A stretch of DNA of 43,725 nucleotides, taken from assembly GCF_001194135.2 (NCBI RefSeq), contig NC_069008.1, forward strand, positions 7,699,572-7,743,296, given 5' to 3'. Source of the stretch: Octopus bimaculoides (lineage: Eukaryota). Shown in pieces: positions 10,887 through 23,291 of this stretch. How positions within the stretch are numbered: position 1 is the first letter of the stretch; each line of letters begins with the position of its first letter. The notes below the pieces were generated by a model, which saw nothing but the letters and a program-made list of their open reading frames with translations, had not been told where the DNA came from and did no database searches. The position numbers and the translations under genes are program-made.

Positions 10887-11190
10887 TTGGAGCCTGGTGT
10901 AGCCATCTGGTTGCACCAGTCCTCAGTCAAATCGTCCAACCCATGCTAGCATGGAAAGTGGACGTTAAACATTTCTTCAGCTGAGTGGATTAGAACAATG
11001 TGAAGTGTTTTTGCTCATGAACACAAAACATCACCTGGTCTTACAAGGACCATTGGACAAATTACTGCATGTGTAGAGGGCAGTAGATTAAGAGGCAGGC
11101 AAAGAATGTGTGGCTGGACAATATCTTAAGCTGGTAGGACATGAGTGGAAAGGCAGTTGGAGAGTCCGGACTTAACCAGGAAGACTTTTG
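10887..11190 (+). mobile_element. Cluster of fragments: family A tail (+), SINE core (-), RTE LINE C-terminus (+)
   Basis: Family A tail at 10887-10970; CAGCTGAGTGGA core; VEGSRLRGRQR-like RTE C-terminal motif at about 11070-11130. Confidence 0.6.
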
Positions 11191-11369
11191 TTACAGTGTC
11201 ACCAATGCACTATGGGTGTATAATACATGACATGATGGCAAATGTCATGTGGGCAGTATAATTTGTAAATTATCATCGTTTTAATATCCATTCTCCTTGC
11301 TGGTATGGGTTGGACATGTCAAACACCCATGCCAGCAGGTATAGTGTCAAGCAGTATATTTGTTGTCAT

Positions 11370-11762
11370 AGGTGCAGGCGTGGCTGTGTGGTAAGAAGCT
11401 TGCTTCCCGTCCACTTTGTTCTGGGTTCAGTCCCACTGCATGGCGCCTTGAGCAAGTATCTTTTACTATAGCTTTGGGCCAACCTTGTGTGTGGATTTGG
11501 TAGACAGACACTGAAAGAATCCCATTGTATATATATATATGTGTACATGTATTTATGCGTGTGTGTACATGTCTGTTTTTGTCCCATCCCACCCCACCAT
11601 AGCTTGACAACTGACGTTGGTGTGTTTATGTCCTTATAACTTAGCAGTTCAGCAAAAGAGACTGATAGAATAAGTCCTGAGGGTCAATCTCTTTGACTAA
11701 AAAACCCTTTAAGGCAGTGCTCCATGGCTGCAGGCAAATGACTGAAACAAGTAAAAGAGTCT
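11370..11762 (+). mobile_element. tRNA-derived SINE, family B (CORE-like centre)
   Basis: GGTGCAGGCGTGGCTGTGTGGTAAGAAGCTTGC head, CCTTGAGCAAGT core-like segment, internal (AT)n, tail ATGACTGAAACAAGTAAAAGAGT. Confidence 0.85.
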
Positions 11763-12026
11763 GAACTTTAAATCACTAAATCTTGAGTTCTGTTCTCATC
11801 ACTGAATATTCTTAATATTTACAGGGATTAGATCTAACTGAGCTTATTTATTTTGACAATGAAATACTAGAAATAAGAAGTTATCATGCAGTAGGATAAC
11901 TTTGTACATGACAAAGATGGTGGTTATATAGTGAACATGTGATGTAGACAGTTGATAAGTAATGAAATAAGAGTCAGTCAAAAGAAAATATTTCCCAATC
12001 ATTGATACTTACTGTATTATAAGGTA

Positions 12027-12413
12027 CTGGTATTGGCACTTCGTTGCTTACGACGTCAAGGGTTCTAGTTGATCCGATCAATGGAACAGCCTGCTCGTGA
12101 AATTAACGTGCAAGTGGCTGAGCACTCAACAGACACGTGTACCCTTAACGTAGTTCTCGGGGATATTCAGTGTGACACAGAGTGACAAGGCTAACCCTTT
12201 GAATTACAGGCACAACAGAAACAGGAAGTAAGACTGAGAGAAAGTCGTGGTGAAAGAGTACAGCAGGGTTTGCCACCATCCCCTGCCGGAGCCTCGTGGA
12301 GCTTTTTGGTGTTTTCGCTCAATAAACACTCACAACGCCCGGTCTGGGAATCGAAACCGCAATCCTATGACTGAGAGTCCGCTGCCCTAACCACTGAGAC
12401 ATTGTGCCTCCAC
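12027..12413 (-). mobile_element. tRNA-derived SINE, family D, full length
   Basis: Reverse head GTGGAGGCACAATGTCTCAGTGGTTAGGGCAGCGGACTC..GGTTTCGATTCCC; 16-bp TSD ACTGTATTATAAGGTA at 12011-12026 and 12414-12429. Confidence 0.9.
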
Positions 12414-12429
12414 ACTGTATTATAAGGTA

Positions 12430-12894
12430 TTGGTGTATCTCAAGCGACATAGTTGTGGTCTAGTACAGAGAGATAACAGGGTAACACCATTAGTAGGATG
12501 GTGACAAGGGGTGCTACGCTAAGAGAAGTAAAGCTAAGTTAGGAGGAATGAACAGGTAGATGGAAGTGATACTTGAGAAGTTAGCAATTTGCAATGGGGA
12601 AACCAAAAGCTAAGAACGCAAGATGACAGAATTGAACAATGAAAAATGTAGAAAGATGACAAAATGAAATATTAAAAGATGACATGAAGCTGAGGTAGTG
12701 TGAAAGGTTTTAACAGATTATGTGAACAATGAGGAGTTTCTTGGAAATCTTCATCTGAAAATCCCAGATTTTCTTCAAATTTTCAAAAGTCTAAAAAGTC
12801 TGATGGTTTTTTGAGAGTTTGATAGACAAGATAGATAGACAGACAGATAGGCAGGCAGGCAGAGAGAGAGAGGGATAGATGGATAGGTAGACAT
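12430..12894 (+). mobile_element. Unclassified older insertion with a (GATA/GACA)n end
   Basis: Bounded by an 18-bp direct repeat ATACTTACTGTATTATAA at 12005-12022 and 12895-12912. Confidence 0.5.
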
Positions 12895-13257
12895 ATACTT
12901 ACTGTATTATAAATCCTACATTTGTGATAATTTATTTATATCTAGAATAAACAACATGACAAATTAAGCTGCAAGTAAGGTATTGAAATGTTTCAAATAG
13001 TAAAACTGAATTGCTACAAATTTTATTATAATGTTTGTAGGAAAAGTTGGTTTTATACGAAAGGTAATTTTCAAAATATCTACAAATGCAATGAACAACT
13101 TGTCTCATCCACTGACAAGCTTTGAAAACATTTCAAAGAAATATAGTGCATATCTACACTTAAGAGCAGGAAATTGGAATTTCATTTTTAATCACTTGAG
13201 AATGGAACAAATATTTTCATGTTCGGTTGTGATTACATGAATTATTTTTGAATATTA

Positions 13258-13545
13258 CACTGGCTGTGTCGTAAGAAGTTTGCTTCTCAACCACATGGTT
13301 CCAGGTTCTGTCCCACTGCGTGGCACCTTGGGTAAGTGTCTTCTACTATAGCTTCAGGTTAACCAAAGCCTTGTGAGTAGATTTGATAGATGGAAACTGA
13401 AAGAAGCCCATTGTGTGTTTGTGTTTGACATGCCACCACCACCACCACAACTTGACAACTGGTGTTGGTGTGTTTATGTCCCTGAAACCTAGCAGTTCAA
13501 CAAAAGAGACCAATAAAACAAGTACTGAGGTCAATACATTTGACA
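13258..13545 (+). mobile_element. SINE family B (partial)
   Basis: GGCTGTGTCGTAAGAAGTTTGCTTC..GGCACCTTGGGTAAGTGTC. Confidence 0.8.
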
Positions 13546-13761
13546 GAATAATCCGAATGCTAAAGGGTTAAATACCTCATACAGAGTGGGAAATCATTCT
13601 TTTCAGTTGAATTTATGCTTTACAGACTTCATTCTTCCCTAAAGTAAGGTCAATAAAACAAGAAAACATACTGTCAGAAGGAAAAAAAATCATTCAAAAT
13701 GTCTACCATGTGGAGTAATAAATGTGATTTTGTTGAGTATTTTTTAATGAATTTAATATAG

Positions 13762-13895
13762 GTGCAGGTATGGCTGTGTGGTAAGAGGCTTGCTTCCCAA
13801 CCGCATGGTTCTGGTTTCAGTTCTATTATGTGGCACCTTGGGCAAGTGTCTTTTACTATATCCTCAGGCAGACTAAAGCTTTGTGAGTGGATTTA
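13762..13895 (+). mobile_element. SINE family B, 5' part
   Basis: GGTGCAGGTATGGCTGTGTGGTAAGAGG..GGCACCTTGGGCAAGTGTC. Confidence 0.8.
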
Positions 13896-14047
13896 TTATT
13901 TCTAAATTCTTCCTTCTTTCCCTGCTATGAGTAGACAACACTTCTAGAGACAGGCATCAATTTAATTTATTAGCTTCGCATATTTTGGCAGCTGTTCACA
14001 CAATCCTCTAGACAATGTTGATGATGAATGTAATCTATTCTTTTAAT

Positions 14048-14472
14048 TGCTTCAGTCATTTGACTGCAGCCATGCTGGAGCACTGCCTGAAAGGGTTTTA
14101 GTTGAAGAAATCAACTCCAAGACCTATTCTTTTTGTAAGCCTAGTACTTATTCTATTGGTCTCTTTTAGTGAACCACTAAGTTACAGGAATATAAACACA
14201 CCAGCATTGGTTGCCAAGTGAAAGCGGTGTGAGGGAAACAAACATAGACACACACATATACATATATATATATATATATATATGACAGGCTTCTTTCAGT
14301 TTCCCTCTACCAAATCCACTCACAAGGTTTTAGTCTTTAGGCAAAAGAAACTGATAGAATAAGTACTACGTTTACAGATAATAAGTCCTGGGGGCGATTT
14401 CTTCAACTAAAACCCTAATTAAGGCAGTGCTCCAACATGGCCGCAGTCTAATGACTGAAAGAAGTAAAAGAA
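14048..14472. mobile_element. SINE family B (-) joined to a family B 3' part (+)
   Basis: TTCAGTCATTTGACTGCAGCCATGCTGGAGCAC at 14050 and its reverse complement at about 14425-14465. Confidence 0.75.
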
Positions 14473-14644
14473 TATACATTTCTTCTAACATATTTCCAGA
14501 ATTAAGGAAACAAACTATTGATTTATTTGCATTAAGAGTAAATATACGAGATATATGATATCATGCCAACATCATTGTACTGCTATTATATCAAAAATAA
14601 ATATCCAAACTTCAAAAGAAAATATTTCAAACTCTGCCAAATCA

Positions 14645-14750
14645 GATTGGAGCCTGGTGTTGCCATCCAGTTTCACCAGTCCTCAGTCAAGTCGTCCAAC
14701 CCATGCTAGCATGGAAAGCGGATGTTAAACAATGATGATGATGATGATGA
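14645..14750 (+). mobile_element. Family A tail
   Basis: CCAACCCATGCTAGCATGGAAAGCGGATGTTAAACAATGATGATGATG. Confidence 0.85.
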
Positions 14751-14961
14751 GAACCCCCTGTCTGCAAGCAAACCTTTGCACAAACCTTTCAGATGCTGAA
14801 AGCTGTCCCCTACCTGCCCCCTTGGCTTTCCTTTCAAGTCAGCAAATTTAGAACAGTCTACTATTGTAGTCACAATGAAAGGTGAGTCTGGAGGAATTGT
14901 TGAATTACTAGAACAGAGAGCATGCAGGGGAGCCTCATCCAGACTTCCCACAAGTTAAGAT

Positions 14962-15269
14962 CAACATCATCATCATCATCACCAACTAACATCTGTTTTC
15001 CATACTGGTTTGGGCTGGAGAGTTTCACAGGAGCTGGCAAACCAGAAGACTGTGTCTGGATCTACTCTTTTACTTGTTTCAGTCATTTGACTGTGGCCAT
15101 GCTGGAGCACCTCCTTTAGCTGAGCAAATCGACCCCAGGACTTATTCTTTGTAAGCCTAGTACTTACTCTATCAGTCTCTTTTGCCGAACCACTAAGTTA
15201 CGGGGACGTAAACACATCAGCATCGGTTGTCAAGCAATGTTGGGGGGACAAACACAGACACACACATAC

Positions 15270-15333
<64 letters not shown>

Positions 15334-15487
15334 GACAGGCTTCTTTCAGTTTCCATCTACCAAATCCACTCACAAGGCTTTGGTCAGCCCGAGGCTATAG
15401 TAGAAGACACTTGCCCAAGGTGCACGCAGTGGGAATGAACCCAGAACCATGTGGTTGGTAAGCAAGCTACTTACCACACAGCCACTA
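14962..15487 (-). mobile_element. Family A fragment followed by a full family B SINE with a long (TA)n
   Basis: (CAT)n at 14965; family B at 15062-15487 ending CTTACCACACAGCCAC; (TA)n at about 15272-15332. Confidence 0.85.
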
Positions 15488-16279
15488 TCTGCTTTGGCAT
15501 GGTTTCATGCCCTTCCTATCACCAAAAATATAATTTCTTCTAGACAGGCAATAATGATGGTGTGGTGGGTAATTGGAATGCTTTTGCATTGAAAATGGGC
15601 AGATAAAGTAATTGAGGTATTCAAAGTGTGCTGCAGGTTAATTAAGCCGGATCTTTTCCGTCTGGCTGCATCTGTGGAAATTTCAAAGTTTATTGAAAAT
15701 TTTAAAAATTTGGTGTATTGATGTAATTTTCCAAGCTGAATCTCAGGAAATATTTCACTTTTTCCAGAAAGGTTTGTAAGAAAAGTTATAGAGGTTTAAA
15801 GTTTGATAATTTTCATTCAGTCAGAAAACAGGATTTGGAAGCTGTCATTTTGTGCACAACGTATTTTAATATGAAACTAACTAAATCAATTTCTACTTTA
15901 TACATAACCCCTCATAACTTTACTAGTTTTTTGAATTTTCAGAAAAGTTTTGCAAATTTGTATTCTACACTCAGGAATTCATACAATTATGCAAAAATCC
16001 CCACAAAAAATTAGGTGGTGTATGATTTAAGGCCTATTTGGTTGTTATTTTTAGTATATCTCTCGCCCAAGGTACAAGCAGTAGATGGGTACATTTCGCT
16101 TAAAATATATCTTGCAGACAAAAGAGTTCTCAAGTTTAGCTTGTTACTATGGAAACAGGCATAAATGTGTCTGTGGCTTATGACTGAAAATTTTGGGTAA
16201 TTTTAGCCAAAGTTAATAACTATCTATTGATTGGCATTGAGTAGCATATAAAACTATGTCATTACACCAAATATGAAAT

Positions 16280-17985
16280 CAATTGAAGAGCTTGAAAATT
16301 GGCAGCCAAACAGAAAAGATCTATTAAGTTTAGAGTGGTCATGGAAAATATGACAACAACATTGCTCTGCACATGTAGATTAACAAAAGGATTAAAAGTC
16401 CTTTTGCAGGTTACCTTAATGACATTGATCTTATTTTCATGGCTGGTGACTTCAACAGACAGGCTGGACAGCAACCCCAATAGATTCTATGTGAATATGG
16501 AAGCTGTGGCTTTGGTCTTAGAAATGAAGAAAGAACAAGGATCTTGGAGTTTTGTGATGCAAAAGACTTCATGATCTGTAATATTAATTCCAAGAATTCA
16601 GCCAACTACCTGATCTGGTGGACACACATGCCAAATTGACTACATTCTTACCAGGTATAAGATAGACTGGTGGTTGTATTGTCAAGGCTTTTCCTGTGAA
16701 TAATGTACAACCCAGCATAGCATAGTGACATTAGACTCAGAGCTAGAAAAATTTAGAGACACAAATCAGTATGGAAAAGGAAGATATGGAAGCTCAAAGA
16801 TCTATTGAACAGACAATGATTTAGAGAAGTCATAATTGAAGCAGCTGATTAAGAGGAGACAGGCATGTATAACAGAGAGGACAACTTTTAATTTTTACAG
16901 GACTACAGACCAAAGTTCCAGCCAGATCAAAGGGGACATGATGGTGGAACAGAAAAGTAGACCAAGTCATAAAAGTAAAGAAACTAGCATGGAAAGATTG
17001 GTGATAGAAGAGATTTATATCAGAGAAGCTAAGTGTCAGTTTATTTACAATGAGAAAACACAGAAAGCAAAAGGTTCAACAATGCTCTACTGCATGAGTA
17101 CCAGGGGTATGAACTGTTCCAGATTGCTGATGTGGCTTATGGACAGATGATGTACTAATGATAATGGAAAGAATGAAACATGAAAGTGCTACTGTGAGAT
17201 TTTAAATGTGGAGAATGGACAAGTGGTAGAGACTCTTCCCAAAGAAGGGCCAGCCATCCTAGATGACAGCAGTATGATGAATGAAGCCAGGAAAAGCCCT
17301 TGGTCCATCAGCAATTACCACTGAAATGCTTAAAATATCTAAGAGAGTAGGATACGGCTTAGTTACCCATGCAGCAAATCAGGTTGTACAGGAAGGTGCT
17401 ATACCCAATGACAGCATCATAGTCAACTGCCACAAAGGTATAAGATGCCTTAGGAAAAGGAAATTACAAAGGCATCAAATTGCTGGACTGGGTCAGGAAA
17501 TTTACAGAAAAGGGTAAAGGGTAAAGACCCACTTGAGTCATGAATGCCCATAGGATTACACCAAGAAAGTTCCCCTCCAAGGCACAAGTCTGGGCAAGGT
17601 TGTTTTATGGAAAACCAGCAGTCGCCCATGTATACCAGCCTCCCCTCTCTAAGCCACTGATATTATCCAAGGGTAAGGCAAAGGCTGATACAGCTTGGCA
17701 CCAGTGACATCACAAATCATTTCTACAGCTGAGTGAACTGGAGCAACATGAAATAAAGTGTCTGGCTCAAGGACACAACACATAGCCCAGCCCAGGAATC
17801 AAACTCACGACCTCATGATTGAGCCTCAACACTAACCACTGAGTCAGAGAGTGATACAGTTCAGTTTTATGCCAGAGAAAAGTACTACAAATGCTCTCTT
17901 TATTATGAAACAATTGCTGTAGAAGCGTTTAGCTAAAAGTAAGCCACTGTACTTAGCACTTGTTGACCTGGAGAAAGCCCTTGCT
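16280..17985 (+). mobile_element. Degenerate RTE-clade LINE (APE endonuclease to start of RT), interrupted by a family E SINE
   Basis: IFMAGDFN, GFGLRNEE..RILEFCDA and QIDYIL (APE domain); KPGKALGPS; resumes after 17848 with LALVDLEKA. Confidence 0.88.
17518..17848 (-). mobile_element. tRNA-derived SINE, family E
   Basis: Near-identical organisation to 22953-23291; reverse head CTCAGTGGTTAG..GTGAGTTTGATTCCTGG; (GGTAAA)n tail. Confidence 0.85.
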
Positions 17986-18699
17986 CAGTGTTTGCAGCAG
18001 GTCCTTGACTTGCTTACAGAAAACAACTTCCAGGCTGGGTTCTAAAAGTGACAGGAATGCTGGGACTGGTGTATTGCTGTGCAAGGTGACTATTTTGAAG
18101 GAGATGAGGTTAAAACATTGGTAAATAAGCTATTTTTCATTAAACGTAACTAGTCCAGGAACCTTTTGATACCACCTCAAATATAGCAATAACTATGTGA
18201 GAATAAAGTGGTTTACTTTGAAATTTTTTATCCTTCAGTTCAGGGGAAATCAGTTCCCATGAGCCTTTACAAGGCCTCTGAGGCTGGTGGGAGATATCCT
18301 CAAAACAGAAACCTGGTCTGAATGCTTGCAACAGAGTAGACTCTGCTAATAATGGCACCAAAGGTATTACATTGTGTTGTTAATTTGGGTGATGGATTAG
18401 GTCTACCTCCTAAGTAGGAAATGGAAGGATTTGAACTCAGCATGTGAAGAACCAGAACAAATACAATCCTTTTGTCTTGAAGTTGCCACACAAAATCAGC
18501 CATCAATGTCGAGTGCCTCTAGTTGATTTTATTAAAGCTGGCAACATGGTTTTGATATCGGTTCTTGAATGAATCTTTTCCCCCAGAAGTAGTGCCACCA
18601 TCAAAGGTTAGGTGGGTTATTCAATGCTTGGTTGATTTCTGTTATTAACTGACAGGTCCCTTAACCCCTTTGGGGTTGCTGGGGTGCTACAGTCATGCA

Positions 18700-18895
18700 G
18701 AGTATCTAGGGTGAGAAAGCCTAGTGGAGCTCATCCCACTCCAAGCTAAACTCATTTTTCCAGCTAAGTGGACTGAAGCAACGTGAAATGAAGTGTTTTG
18801 CTCAAGAACACAATGTGTCTCCCTGGTCCAGGAATCAAAACCACAATCTTAGTCATGAATCCAACACCCAAACAACTAAGCCACATGCCTCCACT
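18700..18895 (-). mobile_element. SINE family C
   Basis: Reverse GTGGAGGCATGTGGCTTAGTTG head and CAGCTAAGTGGACTGAAGCAAC core. Confidence 0.7.
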
Positions 18896-19221
18896 GTGCA
18901 CACATTTATGAATGAAAATACAGTTCTAAATACTGGTTATTTGTTTAAGGTTTAAACTGCAATTAATAACTAAATAAATATCCAAGTATTCTTAATTATT
19001 TCTCTTTATTAAAAATATCAAAATAGTAAATAAAGTTATCAATGTACATATATTGTGGTTATATAAAACGTAGTGTTAAGGTGTTATCATACTGTTAATG
19101 TCTTTCTTGTGTGAATACATTTATTGATATATTCTTCTTTCATTGAATGAAGTTTGGCATTGATATAGGCACAGGACATGAATGGATGCTTAAGAAGTTT
19201 GCTTCCCAACCATGTGGTTTT

Positions 19222-19700
19222 CCATCATCATTTAACATTCATTTTCCATGCTGCCATGGGTTGGTTGGTTTGACTAGAGCTAATAAGGCCAGAGGACTAC
19301 ACCAAGCTCTTGCTGCCTGCTTTCACAGGATTTCTGTGGTTAGATGCCTTTCCTAAGGTGAACCATTCCACAGAGTGTACTGGGTGCTTTTTATGTGGCA
19401 CCAGCACCAGTATAAATTCTGCTGTGGTGGATGGATCAACAAGAGCCTTGGGTGAATTTGGTAGCTGGAAAATGAAAGAAGCTTGTCATTTATAAATCCG
19501 TTTGAGAAGACCTGTCAAGCCAAGTGAAATTGTAGTTGTGGCCAATGCCAGTGTCGTGTAACTGGCACCCATGCCAGTGATACATAAAAAGCACCTTTCA
19601 AACTTTGAGCTTCGGCAATATAGCATGCTTGAGAAGACCTGTGAAGCCAAGTGAGATCGTAATTGTGGTTGATGCCCAGTGCTGCCAGTGACTGTACAAA
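19222..19700. mobile_element. Family A fragment (-) and an adjacent repeat with a duplicated GAGAAGACCTGTCAAGCCAAGTGA unit
   Basis: CATCATCATTTAACATTCATTTTCCATGC at 19224; duplicated unit at about 19503 and 19629. Confidence 0.6.
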
Positions 19701-19999
19701 ACTGTACGTTTTGGCCAAAATTTTGATGTGCTGTATGTTCAGTTGAATTTGCTCGACGTTTTAGTGATCTTACCATTGGTCTTTAAAATTCAGGTTTTGA
19801 TGCATTGATTGATTGATTTTTCACGTGTGTTTGTGAGCTTAATAAAAATAAAAGTACGCCTGGTCTGCATGCAAGCACGCATTGATTGACGAGGTCAAGA
19901 GTGTCTGTAATTTTGGGTGAACATATATACATCCTGTTTACCATGCCATTAGCTGTCATAACACAAGAACTTTTCTCACAGACTGAAGGTACGTGATTG

Positions 20000-20117
20000 T
20001 TTTTTTAAAAGTTTGATAAATTAGACTCAATTTTACACACATATGTGTAGTTGTGTTTTTTGAGAGAATGATTTACCACGTGCATATTTATGTAGCTTCT
20101 CTCCTGTACAAATGTAT
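20000..20117 (-). pseudogene. Decayed finger remnants after the gene 2 stop
   Basis: Reverse strand TACATTTGTACAGGAGAGAAG..GTGGTAAATCATTCTCTCAAAA, out of frame. Confidence 0.6.
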
Positions 20118-21686
20118 TTAAGTGTTGTTCAGTTTGTGATAAGGATTCTCTCCTGTATGAATACACTTATGTTTTGCTAAGGCACCATTTTGAGTGAATG
20201 ATTTACCACAAATATCACAGTGATATGGTTTATGTCCTGTGTGTGTATGTTTGTGAGTAATTAAGTTACCTTTCTTAGAGAATGATTTATCACAGACATC
20301 ACACTGATATGGTTTATCCCCTGTATGAATGTGTTTGTGATTGGTTAAGTGCTGATTTAGAGAGAATGATTTGCCACAGATATCACATTGATATGGTTTC
20401 TCACCTGTATGGATGTGTTTGTGTGTAATTAAGGTACTTTTCTGAGAGAATGATTTACCGCAGATATCACAGTGATATGGTTTATCTCCTGTATGAATGT
20501 GTTTGTGGGCAGTTAAGTGCTGATTTAGAGAGAATGATTTACCACAGATATCACATTGATATGGTTTATCTCCTGTATGAACAAGTTTGTGTGTAGTTAA
20601 GCTACCTTTCTGAGAGAATGATTTACCACAGATATCACAGTGATATGGTTTCTCTCCTGTATGAATTCGTTTATGAGTAGTTAAGTTATCACTTTTATAG
20701 AAAGATTTACCACAGATATCACAGTAATATCGTTTGTCATTTGAATGAATGAGTTTGTGAGAAGATAAGTTATATATTTGAGAAAATGATTTACCACAGA
20801 TATCACAGTGATATGGTTTCTCTGCTATATGAATGTGTTTGTGTAATGTTAAGTTACTTTTCTTAGAGAATGATTTACAACAGATATCACAGTGATATGG
20901 TTTTGGCTTGCCGCCTGTATGAGTGTATTTGTGTGTTGTTAAGTTACTCTTCTGAGAGAATGATTTACCACAGATATCACAGCAGTGTGGTCTAGGATGA
21001 TGTCCTGTATGAATGTATAAGTGTGTAGTTAAATTACTTTTCTGAGAAAATGATTTGCCACAGATATCACAGTGGTGTGGTTTTGCATTCTGTCCTGTAT
21101 GAATATATAAGTGTGTAGTTAAGTTACTTTTCTGAGAGAATGATTTACCACAAACATCACAGTGATATGGCTTCTCTCCTGTATGAATACGTTTGTGTCT
21201 ATTTAAGTCATCGTTTTGAGAAAAGGATTTACCACAGATATCACAGTGATATGGCTTCTCCCCTGTATGAACACGTTTGTGAGTAATTAAATTATATATT
21301 TGAGAGAAAGATTTACCACAGATATCACAGTCATATGGTTTCTCTCCAGTATGAATACGTTTATGTGTAGTTAAATTACTTTTCTGAAAAAATGATTTAC
21401 CACAGATATCACAGTGATATGTCTTTTTTTGTGTATGAATACGTTTGTGTTTAGATAATTGATTACTTCGAGAGAATGATTTACCACAGATAGCGCAGTG
21501 ATATGGTTTCTCCCCTGTGTGTGTATGTTCATGAGCAGTTTGGTTACTTTTCAGAGTGAACGACTTTTTACAGATGTCACAGTAGTATGATGTTTTTCCA
21601 ATATCTTTTGATATCTCATCAATAAATCGAATCATTTTTGACTGTGTTTCAGATTTAACATTGTTCTCCCACAATTCAATTTCCAT
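20118..21686 (-). CDS. C2H2 zinc-finger protein, 522 aa, 17 tandem fingers; fingers 6-8 have 9-aa linkers
   Basis: Intact ORF. First ATG at 21686 ([13 protein letters not shown]) aligns with the paralog starts. Confidence 0.93.
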   Translation of the reverse strand: MEIELWENNVKSETQSKMIRFIDEISKDIGKTSYYCDICKKSFTLKSNQTAHEHTHTGEKPYHCAICGKSFSRSNQLSKHKRIHTQKKTYHCDICGKSFFQKSNLTTHKRIHTGEKPYDCDICGKSFSQIYNLITHKRVHTGEKPYHCDICGKSFSQNDDLNRHKRIHTGEKPYHCDVCGKSFSQKSNLTTHLYIHTGQNAKPHHCDICGKSFSQKSNLTTHLYIHTGHHPRPHCCDICGKSFSQKSNLTTHKYTHTGGKPKPYHCDICCKSFSKKSNLTLHKHIHIAEKPYHCDICGKSFSQIYNLSSHKLIHSNDKRYYCDICGKSFYKSDNLTTHKRIHTGEKPYHCDICGKSFSQKGSLTTHKLVHTGDKPYQCDICGKSFSLNQHLTAHKHIHTGDKPYHCDICGKSFSQKSTLITHKHIHTGEKPYQCDICGKSFSLNQHLTNHKHIHTGDKPYQCDVCDKSFSKKGNLITHKHTHTGHKPYHCDICGKSFTQNGALAKHKCIHTGENPYHKLNNT

Positions 21687-22344
21687 GTCTTTTCTTGTAT
21701 CAACACAATATGCAGATGCTTTTCTTCTTTTTAATTTTAAATTTGCTATTCTCAACAAATATTTCCACTGCTACATCAACTGTGATCTTAGTCAATATCT
21801 GAAGATACTGCAAACTCATTTGCAATCCAAGTTTAATTACAATGTAAAAATCATCTTGTACATTTTGCAGACTGCAAAAATTTTGCTAATATTCTTAGTC
21901 AGAGAAAATATTTCCCAGTAACAAATACAGTTGTTTTACTTCAGCGTAACATTTTCCTTTAATTTTAGCAGGTGATAAATAATGATGATCTATCCAAGGT
22001 GAAGAAGATATTCTTGAATTCCAATGTCGAATGGTAATCTGAAATAACAGAGAGACAGTGTAAGCCATAGAAGACACTTAGAAATTGAGATTCAATAGTC
22101 AAAATTGTTCTGTTTTATCTTTTACTAGATTCAATCTAGTAAATCGTTGGCTGCAGCCATGCTGGGACATCACCTTGAAGAAATGTTTTAGTCAGATGTA
22201 TTGACTTCTGTACTTAGTTTTTTAAAGCTTGGTACTTTGGTACTTTTTCTATCTCTTTTTTGTCGAACCTCTAAGTTACAGGGACGTAAACACACCAGCA
22301 CCAGTTGTCAAGCAAGTGGTAGTGGTGGAGGAACAAACACACAA

Positions 22345-22790
22345 TCATCATCATTGTTTAACATCCATTTTCCATGCTAGCATGGGCTCGATGGTTTGAC
22401 ATGGAACTGGCCAGCCGGGAAGCTGTCCAGACTCCAAACATCTAATTATGACATGGTTTCTACAGCTGTATGCCCTTTCCAACACCAACCACTTTACAGG
22501 GTGTGCTGGATGGTTTTTATGTGCCACCAACACAGGTGCATTTATGCAGCACTAGCACAGGTACATTTTACTTAGGTCTGGTACCTGCAAAGGCCAAGTC
22601 TATATGTATGGAAGACAGTGATTTTACTGAGCTTGATGTGTCTTTTCAAGTACAGCAAATCTTGACATCTCTCAGTCCCTTGTCATTTCTTCAGTGAGGC
22701 CTAGCATCCAAAGATCATTCCTCACTACTTCCTGGGTCTACCCCTTCTACAGGTTCCCCCCACAATTAGAGCTCAGCACTTCATTACACA
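22345..22790 (-). mobile_element. RTE LINE 3' end with family A tail
   Basis: Reverse translation GTCRRGRPRK..RNDL.MLGLTEEMTRD, followed by the family A tail. Confidence 0.75.
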
Positions 22791-22952
22791 ACTGCATAGG
22801 CTTCTTTCAGCTTCTGTCTACCAAATCCACTCACAAGGCTTTGGTTGGTCCAAGGCTGTAGGAGAAGACACTTGCCCAGTGTTCCACACACTAGGACTGA
22901 ACTCAAAAATAAAAAAAAGTGGTTGGGAAGAAAAGCTTCTTACCACATATAT

Positions 22953-23291
22953 GGGTAAAGACCCCCTTTGGTCATGAATCAGCATAGGATTGCACATAAA
23001 AAGTTATCCTCCGAGGCATGTCTGGGCAAGGTTGTTTTATGGAAAACCAGCAATCCCCCATGCATATCAGCTTCCCTTCTCTATGCCACCGATGTTATCC
23101 AAGAGAAAGGCAAAGGCTGCTATAATTTTGCACCAGTGACATCACAACTCATATCTACAGCTGAGTGAATTGGAGCAACATGAAATAAAGTGTCTTGCTC
23201 AAGAACACAACACACAACCTGGTGCAGAAATCGAACTCACGACCTCATGATTGTGAGCCTAATGCTCTAACCACTGAGCCATGCACTTTCG
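22953..23291 (-). mobile_element. SINE family E
   Basis: Second copy of the element at 17518-17848. Confidence 0.85.

Noticed and set aside
15237-15461. ORFs with IYIYIY or HTHTHT runs (also 24013, 35993, 36148)
   Set aside because: They are translations of microsatellites inside SINEs.
19715-19930. Possible Tc1-like MITE in the gene 2 3' region
   Set aside because: Only one candidate terminus was seen; no matching TIR or TSD.
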